Shown here: piece after piece, positions 59,801 through 64,000 of the stretch
Numbering within the stretch: position 1 is the stretch's first letter
How the letters are laid out: every line of letters begins with the position of its first letter
NCBI GenBank assembly: GCA_947494645.1
Contig: CANLVO010000002.1
Span: forward strand, 302,359 to 366,358
Origin: an uncultured Litoreibacter sp.
GTDB taxonomy: Bacteria > Pseudomonadota > Alphaproteobacteria > Rhodobacterales > Rhodobacteraceae
Direction of reading: 5' to 3'
DNA length: 64,000 bases
Translations under genes and position numbers: made by a program
Notes under the pieces: generated by a model
The model's database searches: none
Seen by the model: only the letters and a program-made list of their open reading frames with translations
Told to the model about the DNA's origin: nothing

Positions 59801-59811
59801 AGGAAACCAAT

Positions 59812-61173
59812 ATGGATACCCATACCGAATTCCCAAGCCTCACATCTGCGGCCAGCCCGGTTGGCACCACCGAAGGTTACATGCCCGGGTTCGGCAATGA
59901 CTTCGAGACAGAGGCCTTGCCGGGCGCCCTGCCGCAAGGGATGAACTCACCGCAAAAGGTAAATTACGGGCTCTATGGCGAGCAGCTATCGGGCACTGCG
60001 TTTACAGCACCCAGCCACCAGAACGAACGCACGTGGTGCTACCGCATTCGCCCTTCGGTCAAGCACACGCATCGCTTCAAAAAGATCGAACTGCCCTATT
60101 GGAAATCTGCCCCGATCGTGGACCCGGACGTGACGTCCCTTGGGCAATATCGCTGGGACCCGGTGCCGCATACGGCTGAGCAACTGACTTGGTTGACCGG
60201 CATGCGCACGATGACGACGGCGGGTGACGTGAACACCCAAGTTGGCATGGCCAGTCACATCTATCTGGTCACAGCATCCATGGTGGACGCCTATTTCTAC
60301 TCCGCCGATTCCGAACTGCTCGTTGTCCCGCAAGAGGGCCGCTTGCGCTTTTGCACGGAGCTGGGGGTCATTGACGTCGAGCCGCAGGAAATTGCCATCA
60401 TCCCGCGCGGGCTGGTCTACCGGGTCGAGGTGCTTGACGGGCCCTGCCGTGGTTTTGTTTGCGAGAATTATGGGCAGAAATTCGACCTGCCCGGACGCGG
60501 CCCCATCGGTGCGAATTGCATGGCCAACCGCCGCGACTTCAAAACACCCGTTGCAGCCTTTGAAGACCGGGAGACCCCGTCCACCGTGACCATCAAATGG
60601 GCCGGGCAGTTTCATGAAACCAAGATCGGGCACAGCCCGCTTGATGTGGTCGCGTGGCATGGCAATTACGCCCCCTGCAAATACGACCTGCGCACCTATT
60701 GTCCGGTGGGCGCAGTGCTGTTTGACCACCCGGACCCGTCGATCTTTACCGTGCTGACCGCGCCCTCGGGCGTAGAAGGCACCGCGAATATCGACTTCGT
60801 CCTGTTCCGCGACCGCTGGATGGTGGCCGAAGACACGTTCCGCCCGCCTTGGTACCACAAGAACGTCATGTCCGAGCTGATGGGCAACATCTTCGGCATC
60901 TATGACGCCAAGCCAAAGGGGTTCATTCCCGGCGGAATGTCTTTGCATAACATGATGTTACCGCATGGACCGGATAAGAACGCCTTTGAGGGGGCATCCA
61001 ATGCTGACCTGAAGGCCGAGAAGCTGGAAAACACCATGTCCTTCATGTTCGAGACCCGCTTTCCACAGCATCTGACCCCTTTCGCCGCGCAGGAGGCCCC
61101 GTTGCAGGACGACTACATCGATTGCTGGGCCGATATCGAGAAGAAGTTCGACGGAACGCCGGGGAAGAAATAG
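59812..61173 (+). CDS. hmgA: homogentisate 1,2-dioxygenase
   Basis: 453 aa [35 protein letters not shown] and WYH.N.MSE are signature HmgA segments. Confidence 0.9.
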   Translation: MDTHTEFPSLTSAASPVGTTEGYMPGFGNDFETEALPGALPQGMNSPQKVNYGLYGEQLSGTAFTAPSHQNERTWCYRIRPSVKHTHRFKKIELPYWKSAPIVDPDVTSLGQYRWDPVPHTAEQLTWLTGMRTMTTAGDVNTQVGMASHIYLVTASMVDAYFYSADSELLVVPQEGRLRFCTELGVIDVEPQEIAIIPRGLVYRVEVLDGPCRGFVCENYGQKFDLPGRGPIGANCMANRRDFKTPVAAFEDRETPSTVTIKWAGQFHETKIGHSPLDVVAWHGNYAPCKYDLRTYCPVGAVLFDHPDPSIFTVLTAPSGVEGTANIDFVLFRDRWMVAEDTFRPPWYHKNVMSELMGNIFGIYDAKPKGFIPGGMSLHNMMLPHGPDKNAFEGASNADLKAEKLENTMSFMFETRFPQHLTPFAAQEAPLQDDYIDCWADIEKKFDGTPGKK

Positions 61174-61174
61174 C

Positions 61175-61276
61175 ATGCCTGACTACCTTATAGATCTGCT
61201 CAGCTGGGGCGCTTTCTTTGTGTTCTTCGTGATCGGCCTGCGTTGGGTGCAAAACCGCAAGAAGGACAAGGAATAG
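61175..61276 (+). CDS. 33-aa single-TM micro-ORF between hmgA and fahA
   Basis: Hand translation gives MPDYLIDLLSWGAFFVFFVIGLRWVQNRKKDKE. It starts 2 nt after the hmgA stop and ends 2 nt before the fahA GTG. It has a hydrophobic core and a basic tail. Confidence 0.35.
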   Translation: MPDYLIDLLSWGAFFVFFVIGLRWVQNRKKDKE

Positions 61277-61277
61277 C

Positions 61278-62534
61278 GTGGGCCTCATGAAAAGCTGGGT
61301 CACCTCTGCCAATCGCGCGGACACGCCCTTCCCTCTGAACAACCTGCCATATGGCGTGTTTTCTGTTGGCGATGACGAACCGCGCTGCGGCGTGGCCATT
61401 GGCAACATGATCCTCGACATGGCGCAATGTGAAGAGGTCGGGCTGATCTCGCTTGATACCGAACCAAGCTTCGACCTGCCCTTCTGGAACGACGTGATGG
61501 AGCTGGGCCCAGAAATCTGGGCACAACTACGCGCTCGGCTTATGGAGCTTTTGGCTGAGGGCGCGGCTGAACGCACAGCCGTAGAACCTCTGCTGATCCC
61601 GCAGGCGCAGGCCGAGATGCACATGCCCCTGCTCGTTGGCGAGTTCACCGACTTCTACGCTGGCAAGCATCACGCCACCAATGTGGGCACCATGTTCCGT
61701 GGTCCCGAAAACGCACTACCGCCGAATTGGCTGCATATTCCCATCGGCTATAACGGACGCGCCTCAACGGTCGTTGTCTCTGGCACAGAGATCACGCGGC
61801 CCAATGGGCAGACCAAAGCGCCCGACGCGGACATGCCGTCATTTGGGCCCTGCAAGCGGCTCGATATCGAGTTGGAAATGGGGGCTATCATCGGCGGCTC
61901 CTCCGAAATGGGCCACCCTGTCAGCGTACAACAGGCCGATGACATGATCTTCGGCTACGTGCTGCTAAATGATTGGTCCGCGCGCGACATTCAGGCTTGG
62001 GAATACCAGCCACTGGGGCCCTTTCAAGCGAAGGCTTTTGCGACCTCTATCTCGCCCTGGATCGTGACTAAGGCCGCATTAGAGCCTTTTCGCACCTCGA
62101 CGCCACCCCGCGAGAAAGAGCTGCTGCCTTATCTACAAGAGCCCGGCCCGTTGCTCTACGATATCGACCTGCACGTCACCATGGCACCCGCTGGCAAGGA
62201 TGGCACGACCATCGCGCGGACAAATTACAACCAAGTGTATTACTCCGCCGCCCAGCAGCTGGCACATCACGCAAGCTCTGGCTGCGCGATGAATGCGGGT
62301 GACCTGATCGGGTCGGGCACCATCTCCGGCCCCGAGAAATCAGAGCGCGGCTCCCTCTTGGAGCTCACATGGGGCGGCAAAGAGCCGTTGACCCTCGACA
62401 GCGGGGAGACCCGCACCTTCATCGAAGACGGCGACACACTGACCCTGCATGGCGCAGCCAAGGGTGACGGCTATCAGATTGGGTTCGGTTCCTGCACAGG
62501 CACGATCCGCCCCGCCCCGAAATTTCCCGCATAA
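61278..62534 (+). CDS. fahA: fumarylacetoacetase
   Basis: 418 aa ORF; an alternative ATG lies at 61287. Motifs PLNNLPYGVF, DFYAGKHHATNVG and GDLIGSGTISG are typical of FahA. Confidence 0.9.
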   Translation: MGLMKSWVTSANRADTPFPLNNLPYGVFSVGDDEPRCGVAIGNMILDMAQCEEVGLISLDTEPSFDLPFWNDVMELGPEIWAQLRARLMELLAEGAAERTAVEPLLIPQAQAEMHMPLLVGEFTDFYAGKHHATNVGTMFRGPENALPPNWLHIPIGYNGRASTVVVSGTEITRPNGQTKAPDADMPSFGPCKRLDIELEMGAIIGGSSEMGHPVSVQQADDMIFGYVLLNDWSARDIQAWEYQPLGPFQAKAFATSISPWIVTKAALEPFRTSTPPREKELLPYLQEPGPLLYDIDLHVTMAPAGKDGTTIARTNYNQVYYSAAQQLAHHASSGCAMNAGDLIGSGTISGPEKSERGSLLELTWGGKEPLTLDSGETRTFIEDGDTLTLHGAAKGDGYQIGFGSCTGTIRPAPKFPA

Positions 62535-62547
62535 GGACCTAGAGAGC

Positions 62548-63498
62548 ATGGCAAAGGCATTCGCGTCGCAAGGCGACCTGACGGAAAAGAAGATCACCTT
62601 CGACGAGGTGGGCCGCGACCTCTGGGCCTTCACCGCCGAGGGCGACCCGAACTCAGGCGTCATCATCGGCGACGACAGCGTCATGATCGTAGAGGCCCAA
62701 GCGACCCCGCGTCTGGCCGAGAAGGTGATCGAAAAGGTCCGCAGCGTCACCGACAAGCCGATCAGCCATCTGGTGCTGACCCACTACCATGCGGTGCGGG
62801 TGCTGGGTGCCTCCGCCTATGGCGCAGATCAAATCATCATGTCCGACGTGGCCCGCGGCATGGTCGAGGAACGCGGGCAGGAGGATTGGGATAGCGAGTT
62901 TCAACGCTTCCCGCGTCTCTTTGAGGGCCATGAGAGCATCCCCGGCCTCACGTATCCGACTACCACATTCAGCGATGCGATGACCGTCTATCTGGGCAAG
63001 CGTCGGGTCGATATCAAACATGTCGGTCGCGCCCATACCGCCGGGGACGCGGTGATCCATGTGCCCGATGAGAACGTCATGTTCACCGGCGACATCGTCG
63101 AAGACCATTCCGCCTGTTATTGCGGCGACGGGTATTTCGGCGATTGGGGCGGCACGCTTGACAACATCAAGGCCTATGATGTGGACGCCATCGCGCCCGG
63201 GCGTGGCGATGCGCTGGTGGGCAAAGACGCGGTCGAGCGGGCCATTGAAAGCACCCGGGACTTTGTGCACAGCACCTACGCCCCTGCCGCCCGGGTGGCG
63301 GCACGTGGCGGCTCGCTGAAAGAAGCCTGGGACGCTGTGCGCGCCGAATGTGACCCGAAGTTCAAGGACTACGCCATTTACGAGCATTGCCTGCCCTTCA
63401 ACGTGTCCCGCGCCTATGACGAGGCCCGTGGCATCGCGCATCCGCGTATCTGGACCGACAAGCGCGATTTGGAGATGTGGGCGGCGCTGCAAGGCTAG
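62548..63498 (+). CDS. MBL-fold metallo-hydrolase
   Basis: Internal ATG at 62548 (MAKAFASQ...). The metallo-beta-lactamase motif LTHYHAVRV (a HxHxD variant) is followed by HTAGD and D..H ligands. Confidence 0.75.
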   Translation: MAKAFASQGDLTEKKITFDEVGRDLWAFTAEGDPNSGVIIGDDSVMIVEAQATPRLAEKVIEKVRSVTDKPISHLVLTHYHAVRVLGASAYGADQIIMSDVARGMVEERGQEDWDSEFQRFPRLFEGHESIPGLTYPTTTFSDAMTVYLGKRRVDIKHVGRAHTAGDAVIHVPDENVMFTGDIVEDHSACYCGDGYFGDWGGTLDNIKAYDVDAIAPGRGDALVGKDAVERAIESTRDFVHSTYAPAARVAARGGSLKEAWDAVRAECDPKFKDYAIYEHCLPFNVSRAYDEARGIAHPRIWTDKRDLEMWAALQG

Positions 63499-63508
63499 GA
63501 GGACGGCA

Positions 63509-64000
63509 ATGGTCGCCACAAGATATGAGACCGCGTTCAAACTCTACCCTTACGAGGCGGTCGAGAGGTCCGGGGTTGTCCGCCACCCGGTGGTCATTGT
63601 CGGTGGCGGGCCCGTAGGGCTGGCGCTGGCGCTCGATCTGGGTCAACGCGGCACACCTGCGTTGGTGCTGGATGATCACGACGGGGCCGGGCTGGGCTCC
63701 AAAGCAATCTGCTTTGCCAAACGCACGCTTGATATCGCAACGCGGCTTGGGGCCGGCGCGCCAATGGTTGAGAAAGGCGTTGTCTGGAACGTGGGCAAGG
63801 TGTTCCACGGCGCAGGCAAGCTCTTCGAGTTCAATCTCTTGCCAGAAACCGGCCATCGCAACCCGGCCTTCATCAACCTGCAACAGCCCTATTTTGAGAA
63901 ATATCTCGTCGACGCGATCCGCAAAGCGCAGGACCAAGGCGCACCAATCGAGATCCGTGGCCGCAACCGCGTGACGTCCATGACCCGCCACGATGGGTAT
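63509..64000 (+). CDS. FAD-dependent aromatic monooxygenase (partial; continues past the window end)
   Basis: Absent from the ORF track because there is no stop in the window. Hand translation gives MVATRYETAFKLYPYEAVERSGVVRHPVVIVGGGPVGLALALDLGQRGTPALVLDD..., a Rossmann GxGxxG plus acidic residue as in MhpA/PheA-type hydroxylases. Confidence 0.7.
   Translation, partial: MVATRYETAFKLYPYEAVERSGVVRHPVVIVGGGPVGLALALDLGQRGTPALVLDDHDGAGLGSKAICFAKRTLDIATRLGAGAPMVEKGVVWNVGKVFHGAGKLFEFNLLPETGHRNPAFINLQQPYFEKYLVDAIRKAQDQGAPIEIRGRNRVTSMTRHDGY

Overview
GC-rich alphaproteobacterial chromosomal segment. Gene content and protein sequences look typical of Rhodobacteraceae (roseobacter group); that placement is inference only. 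About 60 closely packed protein genes and one tRNA-Arg(CCT). No rRNA, CRISPR array, transposase, integrase or obvious prophage was seen. Positions 1-41.3 kb are mostly core housekeeping: ftsK (partial), ubiquinone hydroxylase, xthA, ribA, porin, leuS-lptE-holA, pmbA, waaA-lpxK, mutY, alkB-like hydroxylase, ccrM, rnhB, a LacI-type regulator, a PhyR-like regulator, kdgK and monomeric icd. Positions 56.1-64 kb are an aromatic amino-acid catabolic block: kynA-kynU-bicupin, then marR-hmgA-fahA-MBL hydrolase-FAD monooxygenase. The stand-out region is 41.4-56.0 kb, a co-directional 12-gene cluster. It encodes a membrane-spanning Hanks Ser/Thr kinase, an FHA protein, a PP2C phosphatase, three paralogous dynamin-like GTPases (one long, two short, one with a degenerate G3 motif), a small Roadblock/LC7-like protein with a coupled unknown, and two paralogous periplasmic PstS-like/OmpA fusion proteins flanking a Tat-exported rhodanese. 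I do not recognise this combination as a described system. I propose it as a candidate envelope-spanning signalling and membrane-remodelling (or defence) module. Secondary observations: a PhyR-like protein whose phospho-acceptor Asp is replaced by Ala, two micro-ORFs below the ORF-track cutoff, palindromic operator candidates around the marR/hmgA genes, paired GANTC sites upstream of ccrM, and an orphan terminator-like hairpin next to the tRNA. All functional calls come from reading the translated ORFs for family motifs. No database search was run.
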